Source: Candidatus Parcubacteria bacterium (lineage in GTDB: Bacteria > Patescibacteriota > Patescibacteriia > UBA1558 > GWA2-36-10). Taken from it: 64,000 nt of DNA. A program made the position numbers and the translations under genes. The stretch covers positions 64,390-128,389 of the forward strand of contig JABHSK010000007.1 in assembly GCA_018669975.1 (NCBI GenBank), written 5' to 3'. Position 1 is the stretch's first letter, and each line of letters starts with the position of its first letter. This document shows positions 34,741-44,778 of this stretch, one piece after another. The notes beneath the pieces are model-generated. The model did no database searches. It was given only the letters and a program-made list of their open reading frames with translations, and had not been told where the DNA came from.

Positions 34741-35049
34741 TTATTTTTTTTTACGGAAAGGCAATTCAGCTTGTTTGCCTAATAGCCCTAGGGTTATTTT
34801 TTTTCCCTTGGGCGTGAGTTTTATGTGTCTAATAAATAATTTATGTTGAGTTTTTTCTCCAAAGCCTACTAACAACCCTTTGTCAATTAGTCTTTCTATA
34901 CTTTTGGTAATAATATTAGCACGAATTTTTTTGGCTGGAGCTTTTTTAATATTACTATAAAATTTTTCCAGCACAACACGAGATATTTTAGCCCTATTGC
35001 TTTGCAAGGTTTGTTTGAGAATATATTTTTGTAGGCTGGATAATTTCAT
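34741..35049 (-). CDS. Small basic winged-helix-like protein
   Basis: LSSLQKYIL...ITKSIERLIDKGLL..G...IKLT.KG. Confidence 0.65.
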   Translation of the reverse strand: MKLSSLQKYILKQTLQSNRAKISRVVLEKFYSNIKKAPAKKIRANIITKSIERLIDKGLLVGFGEKTQHKLFIRHIKLTPKGKKITLGLLGKQAELPFRKKK

Positions 35050-35050
35050 A

Positions 35051-35284
35051 TTATTTCATAACTATGGTTGGTTTTTTTAGTTTTTGACCAAAGTTTGATT
35101 TGTTCCACAGTCTCTCATGCAGATAATATAGAAACGCTTTTAGTATTTGCACCATAACTGCTTCTGTTAAACCAATACGCCAATCTTTATTGAGGATGGT
35201 TAAGATAGTAAAGGTGGTTATAAAAGCCAGGATAAACCAGGTTGTTGATTTTAGGAAACTACGAGAGTGATGTTCATGAAACAT
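35051..35284 (-). CDS. DUF2061 family membrane protein
   Basis: RSFLKSTTW...YYLHERLWNK..FG. Confidence 0.8.
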   Translation of the reverse strand: MFHEHHSRSFLKSTTWFILAFITTFTILTILNKDWRIGLTEAVMVQILKAFLYYLHERLWNKSNFGQKLKKPTIVMK

Positions 35285-35378
35285 ATTTTTATTTTAGTAT
35301 TTTATGTTTATATTATTACACTATTTGCAGGATATGGCAAAATGATTTATAATTAATTCAGTTTACAATTTAATAAAA

Positions 35379-35480
35379 ATTATCAAGAGTGCGGTGAGAG
35401 ATTTGGCTCGACGACCCGTCAGCAACCTGTCCTATTTTGGATAAGGTGCTAAGTCCAACCCTATGCAGGGAAAGATGGTG
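35379..35480 (+). promoter_or_regulatory. SAM-I (S-box) riboswitch
   Basis: TTATCAAGAG..GGTGAGAGA..TGGCTC..GACCCG.CAGCAACC...AAGGTGCTAAGTCC...GAAAGATG consensus upstream of metK. Confidence 0.93.
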
Positions 35481-35491
35481 TATTTATCATT

Positions 35492-35516
35492 GACTTCCTT
35501 GCCGTGGAAGTTTTTT
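35492..35516 (+). terminator. Riboswitch expression-platform terminator
   Basis: ACTTCC-ttgccgt-GGAAGT followed by T5, just before metK. Confidence 0.7.
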
Positions 35517-35536
35517 AATTATTAAGTGTTAAGAAA

Positions 35537-36547
35537 ATGTTAAAAACAGCAGAAAATGTTAGCTTTGGTCACCCAGATAAGGTTTGTGATCAGATATCAG
35601 ATGCTATTTTAGATGAATGTCTAAAGCAGGACCCTCGTAGTCGAGTGGCAGTGGAGGCATTGGGTGGTCATGGTAAATTAAGTATTATGGGTGAGGTGAC
35701 TACCAATGCAAAGTTTGATGCCGCTGAGATTGCTAGGAAAATTTATCAGGAGATTGGTTACGAAGATAATCTAGACATTTTAGTAAACATTACTACCCAA
35801 AGTTCAGACATTGCTATGGGAGTAGATACTGGTGGCGCCGGTGACCAGGGTATTATGGTTGGTTATGCTTGTGATGAGACAGAAGAACTTTTACCATTAG
35901 AGCATGTGTTAGCAACTCGTTTAATTCGCAAATTGGAAGATGTGCGTTTAGCTGGTCAGTCTGAATTGGCTAAGTATCTTTTGCCAGACAGTAAAGCGCA
36001 AGTTACCTTAGATGGAAAGCAGGTAGACACAGTCGTTGTATCTACTCAACATCAGGATGATGTAGATTTTGACAAGTTGAAGAAGTTGGTTGAAGAAGAG
36101 GTTGTTAGACCAATTGTTCCTCAAGCTAATAATATTTATGTTAATCCAACTGGTCTTTTTGTTCAAGGTGGTTTTGAGGCAGATACTGGATTGACCGGGC
36201 GCAAGATTACAGCAGATAATTATGGTCCACAGGTTCCAGTAGGTGGAGGAGCGTTTTCTGGTAAAGATGCCACCAAGGTAGATAGATCAGCTGCTTACAT
36301 GGCACGTTATTTAGCTACTGAATATTTAAAGAAATATAATGCTAAAGAAGTAATTGTAAAATTAGCCTACGCCATTGGTAGACCGCAGCCAGTCATGGCT
36401 ACGGCTAATGTTGATGGGAAAAATGTAGAAATTAATGGTTATGATTTAAGTCCGGCTGGTATTATAGAAAAACTTAATTTAAGAAAACCACAATTTAGAG
36501 ACCGAGCTAGGTTTGGTTTCTTTTTGGACTTTGATATTGAGAATTAA
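35537..36547 (+). CDS. metK: S-adenosylmethionine synthetase
   Basis: GHPDKVCDQISD, GAGDQG, GLTGRKI, GGGAFSGKD. Confidence 0.97.
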   Translation: MLKTAENVSFGHPDKVCDQISDAILDECLKQDPRSRVAVEALGGHGKLSIMGEVTTNAKFDAAEIARKIYQEIGYEDNLDILVNITTQSSDIAMGVDTGGAGDQGIMVGYACDETEELLPLEHVLATRLIRKLEDVRLAGQSELAKYLLPDSKAQVTLDGKQVDTVVVSTQHQDDVDFDKLKKLVEEEVVRPIVPQANNIYVNPTGLFVQGGFEADTGLTGRKITADNYGPQVPVGGGAFSGKDATKVDRSAAYMARYLATEYLKKYNAKEVIVKLAYAIGRPQPVMATANVDGKNVEINGYDLSPAGIIEKLNLRKPQFRDRARFGFFLDFDIEN

Positions 36548-36578
36548 GAGTTTGACCGCATTTGTGGGTTATGTAGTG

Positions 36579-36620
36579 AATAGGTGGGTCATCATTTATG
36601 GTGGCTCACTTATTTTTATT
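36579..36620 (+). terminator. Terminator after metK
   Basis: AATAGGTGGGTCATCA-ttta-TGGTGGCTCACTTATT followed by T. Confidence 0.7.
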
Positions 36621-36789
36621 TTACACCTTAAACATTGTTATTTTAGGTGTTTTTTGTAAACAGGAAGTTGACATCTTTAATGAAGTGTGTATATCTAAAA
36701 CATGATTTATCCCTAATTTACTTAACAAAACTTAATAAATGTGTTATATTTCTAATTGATTTAATTAATAAATAATAAATATTAAATTT

Positions 36790-37071
36790 ATGGCAAAATT
36801 AACAAAATCTCAATTGCTTAATGTACTAGCTGAAAAGACTGGTATGAGCAAAAAAGAAGTCACCGCTTTTATGGAGACTTTTGCTGACTTAGCTTATAGC
36901 GAAGTCCAAGGAAGTGGAGAATTTGTCATCCCTGGTATTGGCAAATTAGTTAAAAAGGATAGAGCTGCTCGCATGGGTCGTAACCCAGCCACTGGCGAGA
37001 GCATTCACATTCCTGCTAAGACAGTTGTAAAATTCCGTGTAGCTAAAGCTGCTAAAGATGCTGTATTATAA
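36790..37071 (+). CDS. hup: HU family DNA-binding protein
   Basis: PGIGK...RAARMGRNPATGE.I.IPAK.VVKF. Confidence 0.96.
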   Translation: MAKLTKSQLLNVLAEKTGMSKKEVTAFMETFADLAYSEVQGSGEFVIPGIGKLVKKDRAARMGRNPATGESIHIPAKTVVKFRVAKAAKDAVL

Positions 37072-37091
37072 GCAAGATTAGAAAATATTAT

Positions 37092-37128
37092 AAAAAAGGG
37101 CTTTCCGTAAAAAGAAGGCTCTTTTTTT
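37092..37128. terminator. Bidirectional terminator
   Basis: AAAAAAGGGCTTTC...GAAGGCTCTTTTTT. Confidence 0.7.
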
Positions 37129-37149
37129 ATTTTATGATATTTAGTCTTA

Positions 37150-39255
37150 CTACCTTTTATACACAAAGATGGTAGTGACTCCATTGTCGATGAGTATTTT
37201 CTCATCAGCAGTTAGAGTGGCTTGATTGATGGCTTGTTTGGCACTGTGCCAATAATTATTTACTACAAAATATAATTGATCTACCTCAGCCTTGTCCATG
37301 GCATTGATAGCCTCTTCACGACTAGCATTTGTTTCAATCATGTTGAGATAATTTTGGTAAATATTATCTACTCCCAGGGGCATAGAGTAGTAGAAGTTGT
37401 CATTATAATAATTTGCAAAGCCAAATTCTGAGATAGCTGCCACACCAATCATTTGGTTAGCTAGAACTATATAGGGAGTCTCGCTGGCGTGTTCGTCTAT
37501 CAGGTTGACTGCCTTGATGTCACTCTGAGTAACATTTATACTTTTGGTGTTACTGTGTCGATCATATGTTGGGTAGGCAAAATATAAACTGACTGATATT
37601 ACAATTACAGTGATTACCATAATCCAGATTTTTTGAAAGATGCTTTTTTCTTTGTTGAGAGAGTCTTTGAATAAAAAGTAAATGCTAGTTAGAAATATTG
37701 GCAACAGAGTCAAAGCAATTAAATATATAATTCTGTTTATATAATCAAATTTTTGATAGTCAATTTGTAGATTGAATGACAAGAATATTTTGGCTAATAA
37801 ATAATTGATTAACAGTACACCAGTAAAGAGTAAGTGGCGTCTAAAGAATATGAATTTATGCTCTTTAAAGATGAAGAGGAGGCCAATTAGGACCATTAGT
37901 AAATATAACCAAACCATATTACCACCTATATTGTGAACCATGTCTAGCGGAAAGCTAAAGCTGCTATGCCAAGTAATAGTTGGTATATCAAACAATGGCC
38001 AAATTTGGAAAGAGAATATTTGTGACCAGGAAAATCCATTTATTTTCTGGTACACAGCAAGTAATAGTGGTAGAGCGACACTGGATAATAATAAAGTTAT
38101 CACATAGGCCAGGTTTCTTAACCAGGGCTTTTTTTTGATACGCAGCACAGATAACATAGCTGCTAGTGATAGTAGTGGTATACCACTGAGCGGATGTATA
38201 GTTAGTGTCATGGCTGCTACAGTCCAAAGAAAATAAAGACTAATTTTTTTACGGTTGATCTCAGGTAAAATAAAAATAGTAAAAGCTACCAATAAATAGG
38301 AAAAACTTTGAGGAGTAGTCATGATAGCAAAGCCTATACCCACAAAAGTGCTCCACAGGGTGCTGATGTAGCTAGCCTTGAATGACCATTTAAATCCATA
38401 ACGCAAGCCATAGAAGATACTACTAGGCCAAAGTAGACTAAAGAATAACGGGAGTAGTATTTTATTGGCAGTAGATAGGTCGATTTGTGAGATTTGATGA
38501 AAGAAAATACTAATTCCATATTGCCCTGTATATAGCCATAGACGTGGTTGGATAGTGCCAGTGTCATTTATTATATTTAAAGCAGTTTGGTGAATGAATG
38601 AATCATAGCCATAGCCTATTTTATATAGGATAATAGCTATGCTGCTCATCAGTAGAAAATGCCAACTGATTAACATGATATTTTTGGCAGTTTTTTTGTG
38701 TAGAAGGGAGATAATTAATAGTATATTGCTTAGAATAAATAAAGCCCAGAATTTATAATTAAGTATTTCCCATGGTGAGCGTATTAAGCCCAAACTAGCC
38801 TTTTTGAATAAAGCTATAAAGAGTACAGCGTCAATTAAAAAAACAACCGTTGGTAGAATAATGTTACGGAGATTATTCAGGCCTAATTTACTAAGATCAA
38901 GTCCAGTGAGATAGTAGTGTTGACTATGTAATTTTAAAGAGAGGAGTTCTATGATAATTGGTATGGACAGTAGCAAAAATAAAAATACCCAGAGATTTAC
39001 TTGGTAAACATGATAAATCAATGTATAGGCTAGACTGATGTAGGAAGATATTAGTATTAAACCCAAAGCATTTTTTAATCCTTTGTGTATTTGTGGGTAG
39101 AAAATATCGGCTAGTTTTTTGCTATTTAGCCATAAATATAAAACAGTAAAAATAGCCCCAAGGATTGGGGAGTGCAACCAGTAGGCGTTGGCTGAGATAA
39201 CCAAAACAAGAATAATTTGCACGATAATATTCTGTTGTCTGCTAAAAGTAATCAT
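37150..39255 (-). CDS. Large polytopic membrane protein, possibly GT-C-like
   Basis: Many TM segments, GYDSFIH loop, soluble C-terminal domain. Confidence 0.65.
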   Translation of the reverse strand: MITFSRQQNIIVQIILVLVISANAYWLHSPILGAIFTVLYLWLNSKKLADIFYPQIHKGLKNALGLILISSYISLAYTLIYHVYQVNLWVFLFLLLSIPIIIELLSLKLHSQHYYLTGLDLSKLGLNNLRNIILPTVVFLIDAVLFIALFKKASLGLIRSPWEILNYKFWALFILSNILLIISLLHKKTAKNIMLISWHFLLMSSIAIILYKIGYGYDSFIHQTALNIINDTGTIQPRLWLYTGQYGISIFFHQISQIDLSTANKILLPLFFSLLWPSSIFYGLRYGFKWSFKASYISTLWSTFVGIGFAIMTTPQSFSYLLVAFTIFILPEINRKKISLYFLWTVAAMTLTIHPLSGIPLLSLAAMLSVLRIKKKPWLRNLAYVITLLLSSVALPLLLAVYQKINGFSWSQIFSFQIWPLFDIPTITWHSSFSFPLDMVHNIGGNMVWLYLLMVLIGLLFIFKEHKFIFFRRHLLFTGVLLINYLLAKIFLSFNLQIDYQKFDYINRIIYLIALTLLPIFLTSIYFLFKDSLNKEKSIFQKIWIMVITVIVISVSLYFAYPTYDRHSNTKSINVTQSDIKAVNLIDEHASETPYIVLANQMIGVAAISEFGFANYYNDNFYYSMPLGVDNIYQNYLNMIETNASREEAINAMDKAEVDQLYFVVNNYWHSAKQAINQATLTADEKILIDNGVTTIFVYKR

Positions 39256-39332
39256 AAAGACGCATCTATTGTAGCATAATTTAATACTTTTTTACACTTC
39301 TGTAAATAGCCAAGTTCTGCTACAATATAGGT

Positions 39333-39839
39333 ATGATAAAAGCTAATAAAATTAGTGTTATTATTATTTTTCGATATATCTGGTTGATTGTTGCGACATC
39401 TATTATTATATATATATTGGGCCAGGCAATTGTTACTACTAGAGAGATTGTTTATCAGATTGATAACAGTGATTCAATTACTAGAGATATTACTGGCTGG
39501 TATCCAGAACAACGTTTAGTTTTTGCTACAGAGGATCAGACCTTGAGAATAGTGGCTGAGCCTTTATATCTTCAAGCTTATATACCAGTTGATTTTAAAA
39601 CTTTAACTGTTGCGGGTGATATTTATTTTGGTGCTGAAACAATTAGGTTGGGTTTAAAACAAGCTGACGGCACATGGTCATATAGAGACATAGATGAAAA
39701 TAGTTTTAATTTTGAATATGATTTATCTCAGGCACAGGTTAAAAAAAATAAATTAGAAATGATTTTATCTATTCCCGATTTAACAGCCACCTCAACAGTG
39801 GTATTGGGTAATAATTGGTCTTTATTTTTAAACAGATGA
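39333..39839 (+). CDS. Single-TM hypothetical protein
   Basis: N-terminal TM and a beta-rich extracellular domain. Confidence 0.65.
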   Translation: MIKANKISVIIIFRYIWLIVATSIIIYILGQAIVTTREIVYQIDNSDSITRDITGWYPEQRLVFATEDQTLRIVAEPLYLQAYIPVDFKTLTVAGDIYFGAETIRLGLKQADGTWSYRDIDENSFNFEYDLSQAQVKKNKLEMILSIPDLTATSTVVLGNNWSLFLNR

Positions 39840-40012
39840 GAATACTTTTTAGCTTAGTAAAAGATTTTTTTAATATAGCTCTAGGCACCTGGTTAATTTT
39901 GGTAGCATTTGAATTGGCTAAGCCAGGCATGGTGCAACGTTTTATAAATTTGGAGTATTGGCTTTATGCTTTAGTTCTGATTTATATTATGTATATAATT
40001 TTACGCCGTTGA
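39836..40012 (+). CDS. Small two-TM hypothetical protein
   Basis: ATG overlaps the upstream TGA (ATGA). FE..KPG.V..F.N motif. Confidence 0.55.
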   Translation: MRILFSLVKDFFNIALGTWLILVAFELAKPGMVQRFINLEYWLYALVLIYIMYIILRR

Positions 40013-40078
40013 GGTCTTTTATGGTATAATGTATATAGATTAGAAGAGCGTGATATCTAATATTCAATATTAGAAACA

Positions 40079-41425
40079 ATGACAAAACAAAAACAAAAAA
40101 TGCATGTAGTGGCAGTTGATATGGGCTATGGACACCAACGGGCGGCCTATCCATTTCTAGACAGTGCCTATAGAGACGTTATTAACGCCAACCACTACCA
40201 AGGTATCAGTAAGGCAGAACAAAATTCTTGGGAAAGTGGACGTAAATGGTATGAAATCATTTCCCGTTTTAAAGGGTTACCTTTTGTTGGTGAGGCGGCT
40301 TTTGCTATTATGGATCATTTTCAAAAGATTGATCCATTTTATCCTAAACGTGATCTCAGTAAACCATCTCAACAATTAAAGTATTTTCAAAAACAGATCA
40401 AGCGTGGCATGGGTAAGGACCTGATAGACGATCTCAATAAACGTATACCAAAAGGACACAAAACACCGTTACCATTTTTGGCTACTTTTTTTGTGCCAGC
40501 ATATTTTGCGGAATACTATGGCTATAAAGGTAAAATATATTGTGTGGTTTGTGATGCTGATGTAGCTCGTGCTTGGGCACCTTATTATTCTAAGACTAGT
40601 AAGATTGTTTATTTGGCTCCAAATAAGCGAACTAAATCTAGGCTGCAACTTTATGGTGTTAAATCTAGTAATATTCATGTGACAGGGTTTCCTTTACCCA
40701 AAGAGAATATAGGTGGTCCCAGTCAAAGGGTGGTCAAGGCTGATTTAAGAGATAGATTGTATAATTTAGATCCTAAAGGAGTCTATCGTAAAAAATATGC
40801 CAAACACATTGAAGATTATCTTTGTCCAACTAAAAACATTAAGAAGCCAAAGCGTCCATTGACTATTACTTTTGCAGTTGGTGGCGCTGGTGCCCAAAGA
40901 GAGTTGGGTATTACTTTGCTTAAGCGACTTCATAAGGATCTCAAGAAAAATAATATCCGTCTTAATTTGGTAGCTGGTGTACGTAATGATGTTTATCTTT
41001 ATTTTCAAAAGGCTCTCAAAGAATATTGTCTAGATAATTGTGGTGCTGTCAGGGTCATTTATGCAGAGGATAAAATGTCTTATTTTAAAGTGTTTAATAA
41101 AATATTGCGTAAAACTGATATTTTGTGGACCAAGCCATCTGAACTTACTTTCTATAGTGGTTTGGGTATTCCTATTATCATGTCAGAACCAATTGGATAT
41201 CAGGAAAGATATAATCGTGGTTGGCTATTTGCCATTGGTGCTGGTGTAGATAGTTTGAATCCAGAATATGTAGATGAGTGGTTATTTGATTGGTTAGATT
41301 CCGGTTGGTTAGCTGAAGCAGCTATGGAGGGATTCTTAGATGCTCCGAGAATGGGTGCTTATAATATTGAGAATATTGTCTTGCGTAATAAGATTAGTGA
41401 AATAGAAGATGTCCACTTGTTATAA
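40079..41425 (+). CDS. GT-B fold glycosyltransferase-like protein (MGDG-synthase/UgtP-like)
   Basis: DMGYGHQRAA, VTGFPL, TDILWTKPSE, PIGYQE..N. Confidence 0.7.
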   Translation: MTKQKQKMHVVAVDMGYGHQRAAYPFLDSAYRDVINANHYQGISKAEQNSWESGRKWYEIISRFKGLPFVGEAAFAIMDHFQKIDPFYPKRDLSKPSQQLKYFQKQIKRGMGKDLIDDLNKRIPKGHKTPLPFLATFFVPAYFAEYYGYKGKIYCVVCDADVARAWAPYYSKTSKIVYLAPNKRTKSRLQLYGVKSSNIHVTGFPLPKENIGGPSQRVVKADLRDRLYNLDPKGVYRKKYAKHIEDYLCPTKNIKKPKRPLTITFAVGGAGAQRELGITLLKRLHKDLKKNNIRLNLVAGVRNDVYLYFQKALKEYCLDNCGAVRVIYAEDKMSYFKVFNKILRKTDILWTKPSELTFYSGLGIPIIMSEPIGYQERYNRGWLFAIGAGVDSLNPEYVDEWLFDWLDSGWLAEAAMEGFLDAPRMGAYNIENIVLRNKISEIEDVHLL

Positions 41426-41428
41426 TCT

Positions 41429-42760
41429 ATGATAATAAAAAATCTTAAAATAAATTTTTACAAGAGCATCAAACAATCGATGGATCTTAGTTTGGATAGG
41501 GTCAATATTTTTATTGGTCAAAATAATAGTGGTAAGAGTAATATCTTGGATGCCATTGAATTTACTTTGAGTGAACACTCAGAGGACCACACTTTGTATT
41601 ATGAAAAATCAGATATAGATATCACGATTGAATTTACTGATCAAACACAAGCCAAATATAAATTACCGGGCAAGGAGGGAGTGCTCAGTCTTAAGGGTCA
41701 GCAAAAGCATCTTAATTTTCCAGGTGCTACTTTGCCAGACAACAAGGCTTTAACTCATATGCTGAGCACGCATTTTAAGAGACTAGATACAGAGGCTTTT
41801 ACAGACTTTGAGCAAATAGAAGAAGATTTTCAGGATCTATTTAATTATCCAAGTCAGTTGGATAGATTTAAAGAAATACTTAAACATCATTTTCCCAAGA
41901 TTTCTGCTACCAAAAATGCATTAGATATTCGTTATGAAAACGAGGGTTTATATGAAGGCAAGAGAAGAGTGACTATCGATAGGCTTGGTTCTGGCTTTCA
42001 GCGCATTTTCACAATGCTTTTGTATATTTTTCATCCTAAATATTCAATAGTGATGATTGGCGAGCCAGAAATTCATTTGCATCCAGCTATTGCCAAAAAA
42101 CTTCTTTGGGCTATGCAGAATAGCAATGCTGGTCAGATATTATTTACTACACATTCACCATTGTTTATTACACCGATGACTTTGCCACAGGTAGTAAGAG
42201 TGACTAAACATGAAAATACTACGCAGGCTTTTGCACTTTCGCAGGTTAAATATAACTACAAACGTCTAATACAAGAACTTAATGCAGACAATCTAGAGAT
42301 GTTTTTTACTGATGAGGTTGTTTTGGTGGAAGGTGTATCAGATAAATTATTGATTCGTGGTTTGATAGATAAGTTTTATCAAGGAGATAGAGCTATTAAA
42401 GTGATTCAAGCTCACGGTAAGGGTAATGTTAAAATATATGCAGATTTGTTAAAAATTTTTAAAATTTCTTTTACTGTTGTTTTGGATAAAGATGCTATAA
42501 AAAGTAATCATCTAAGAGAGTTGTTGCGGCATCTAGATATCCATATGCCACCGTTGAACACGGAAGATTTAATTGAGCAGCTCAAGAAGTATAGTATTTT
42601 TATTCTACCCAATGGAGATTTGGAGGCTAATTATCCACGCAAGTATCAGTTGGGAGATAGTAAATCACTCAATGCTTTGCATGCCGCTAATTTAGTTAGT
42701 GAAAAGGATTTTAATTCCAAGGTCATGGAAAATTTAAAAGCAATAATAGATAACTTATAA
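41429..42760 (+). CDS. OLD-family ATP-dependent nuclease (ABC ATPase plus TOPRIM)
   Basis: GQNNSGKS, LGSG, MIGEPEIHLHP, TTHSP, LVEGVSD, LDKD. Confidence 0.85.
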   Translation: MIIKNLKINFYKSIKQSMDLSLDRVNIFIGQNNSGKSNILDAIEFTLSEHSEDHTLYYEKSDIDITIEFTDQTQAKYKLPGKEGVLSLKGQQKHLNFPGATLPDNKALTHMLSTHFKRLDTEAFTDFEQIEEDFQDLFNYPSQLDRFKEILKHHFPKISATKNALDIRYENEGLYEGKRRVTIDRLGSGFQRIFTMLLYIFHPKYSIVMIGEPEIHLHPAIAKKLLWAMQNSNAGQILFTTHSPLFITPMTLPQVVRVTKHENTTQAFALSQVKYNYKRLIQELNADNLEMFFTDEVVLVEGVSDKLLIRGLIDKFYQGDRAIKVIQAHGKGNVKIYADLLKIFKISFTVVLDKDAIKSNHLRELLRHLDIHMPPLNTEDLIEQLKKYSIFILPNGDLEANYPRKYQLGDSKSLNALHAANLVSEKDFNSKVMENLKAIIDNL

Positions 42761-42764
42761 AAAT

Positions 42765-43706
42765 ATGTCTTGGTTATTAGTAGCAGTTATAGCTTATTCT
42801 ATTTTAGCCGTTGTTAATGTAGCGGATAAATTTATGCTGGAAAAAGTTATTCCAGCGGCTAAGACCTACGCTTTTTTGGTAGGTGTTACTGGTTTACTTG
42901 TTTTTGTAGTTGCTCCATGGTTTTTGGAGTGGCCAGGCTTTAATTTATTTTTGTTAAATATAATTACGGGTGTGTTTTTTGCTGGTGGTTTATTGTTCTT
43001 GTATACAGCGCTTAGAGATGCAGAGGTGACCAAGATATTTACCTTGACTGGGGGGGCAGTACCGGTATTTATTATTTGGTTGTCTATTATATTTTTTCAC
43101 GAACGTTTTAGTCCGTGGCAATGGTTGGCAGTGTGCTTTTTGATTGCGGGTACAGTTATGATTTCCTGGGTTTCTGGGGAGCACGGAGTCTGGACTAGAA
43201 TTAAAGAATGGTTGCACATAAAGCATGATAAAAAAATACGCAGTATACTATTTGCAGTTCTAGCTGCTGCATGTTTTGCTATATTTTGGGTAGGCACCAA
43301 GTATGCTTACAACACTCAAGCATTTGTCAGTGCGTTTTTGTGGATTAGGCTGGGTACATTTTTGGCAGTAATTTTGATGTTGGTAAACGGAAATAGTCGT
43401 CGGGAAATTTTTGATGATTTGCAGCAATCAAATACTAATAAAGATAATAAGTTTATTTTTATGGGTGTTCAGGGCTTGGGAGCCATCGGGTCAGTTTTAC
43501 AAAATTATGCAGTCTCACTTGGCTCAGTAGCTTTAGTGACATCTTTGCAGGGTTTGCAGTATGCATTACTTTTGGTGATGAGTGCCATTGTGACCGCTTT
43601 CTTACCAAACATCATCAAGGAGTATAATCCTAGGAGAATTATTATTCAAAAGATTGTGGCAGTATTGATAATTGGTCTGGGGTTGTATTTTTTGGCTATT
43701 TATTAG
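42765..43706 (+). CDS. EamA/DMT family transporter
   Basis: About 10 TM in two repeats. Starts MSWLL...DK. FFHERF motif. Confidence 0.75.
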   Translation: MSWLLVAVIAYSILAVVNVADKFMLEKVIPAAKTYAFLVGVTGLLVFVVAPWFLEWPGFNLFLLNIITGVFFAGGLLFLYTALRDAEVTKIFTLTGGAVPVFIIWLSIIFFHERFSPWQWLAVCFLIAGTVMISWVSGEHGVWTRIKEWLHIKHDKKIRSILFAVLAAACFAIFWVGTKYAYNTQAFVSAFLWIRLGTFLAVILMLVNGNSRREIFDDLQQSNTNKDNKFIFMGVQGLGAIGSVLQNYAVSLGSVALVTSLQGLQYALLLVMSAIVTAFLPNIIKEYNPRRIIIQKIVAVLIIGLGLYFLAIY

Positions 43707-43710
43707 GAAC

Positions 43711-44721
43711 ATGAGGTTTAAAAAGAAAAAGAAACTAGTTATTTGGTTTATCATAATACTAATTGGTATTTGGTATTTTAAATTTGCCAGCCATCATCCA
43801 CATAAAATAGACCTGCAAGCCAAGGATGATTTTTGGGGTGTGACTTACTCACCTAAGTTTGCCTATGAGCTTGGTTTGGATTGGGAAGAGACTTATTTAG
43901 CCATGATTGATGATATTAAAGTAAGAAATGTTCGTCTACCTATCTATTGGGATCAAATAGAGGTCGAAGAAGGGCAATATGATTTTAGTGTTTATGATTA
44001 TATTCTTGATGAGGGTGCCAAACGAGATGTAGAGTTTGTAGTCAATGTCGGTTGGAGATTGCCGCGTTGGCCAGAATGTCATACGCCCCAGTGGGCAAAA
44101 GGAGAGGATTTAGATATTATCAAGGCCAAGTCTCTGTCTATGATTAAATTGGTTGTAGAAAGATATAAAGATAGACCCGAGATAGTAGCTTGGCAAGTAG
44201 AGAACGAGCCCTTGTTAGATTGGTTTGGAGAGTGTCCAGAGGGTGATGAAGATTTACTCAAGCAAGAAGTAGCGTTTGTGAAAGATATGGATGATAGGCC
44301 AATTATAATTTCTGCTTCCGGAGAATTAAGTGGTTGGCATAAGGAAGTGGAGATTGCGGATACTTTTGCTACTACCATGTATCGCGTAGTTTGGAATCCT
44401 TGGTTTAAATATTTTAGGTACCCTTTGCCAGCTTGGTTTTATAAATTAAAATTAGACTTAGCTGGTGCTAGCCCAGAACAGGCTATTGTCAGTGAGTTGC
44501 AGGCAGAGCCTTGGGTGCCCAATGGAACGTTAGATAATATTACTTTTGATGAATATGATAAATCATTTAGTCCAGAACAATTTAAGGCCAATTTGCAATT
44601 TGCTATTAATGTAGATTTCAAACAAACTTATCTATGGGGCATAGAATGGTGGTATCTACAAAAAGAAAAGGGTGATACTAGATATTGGGACATTGCCAGA
44701 GATATTTTTGCTAGGCAATAA
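43711..44721 (+). CDS. Membrane-anchored clan GH-A (TIM barrel) glycoside hydrolase
   Basis: VRLPIYWD..E..G.YDF, WQVENEP (acid/base), ELQAEPW (nucleophile), LWGIEWW. Start revised to ATG 43711. Confidence 0.75.
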   Translation: MRFKKKKKLVIWFIIILIGIWYFKFASHHPHKIDLQAKDDFWGVTYSPKFAYELGLDWEETYLAMIDDIKVRNVRLPIYWDQIEVEEGQYDFSVYDYILDEGAKRDVEFVVNVGWRLPRWPECHTPQWAKGEDLDIIKAKSLSMIKLVVERYKDRPEIVAWQVENEPLLDWFGECPEGDEDLLKQEVAFVKDMDDRPIIISASGELSGWHKEVEIADTFATTMYRVVWNPWFKYFRYPLPAWFYKLKLDLAGASPEQAIVSELQAEPWVPNGTLDNITFDEYDKSFSPEQFKANLQFAINVDFKQTYLWGIEWWYLQKEKGDTRYWDIARDIFARQ

Positions 44722-44778
44722 AAATATTGACATTTTACTTATTTAAAGGATAATAAACAAATAATTATATTTATTTAT

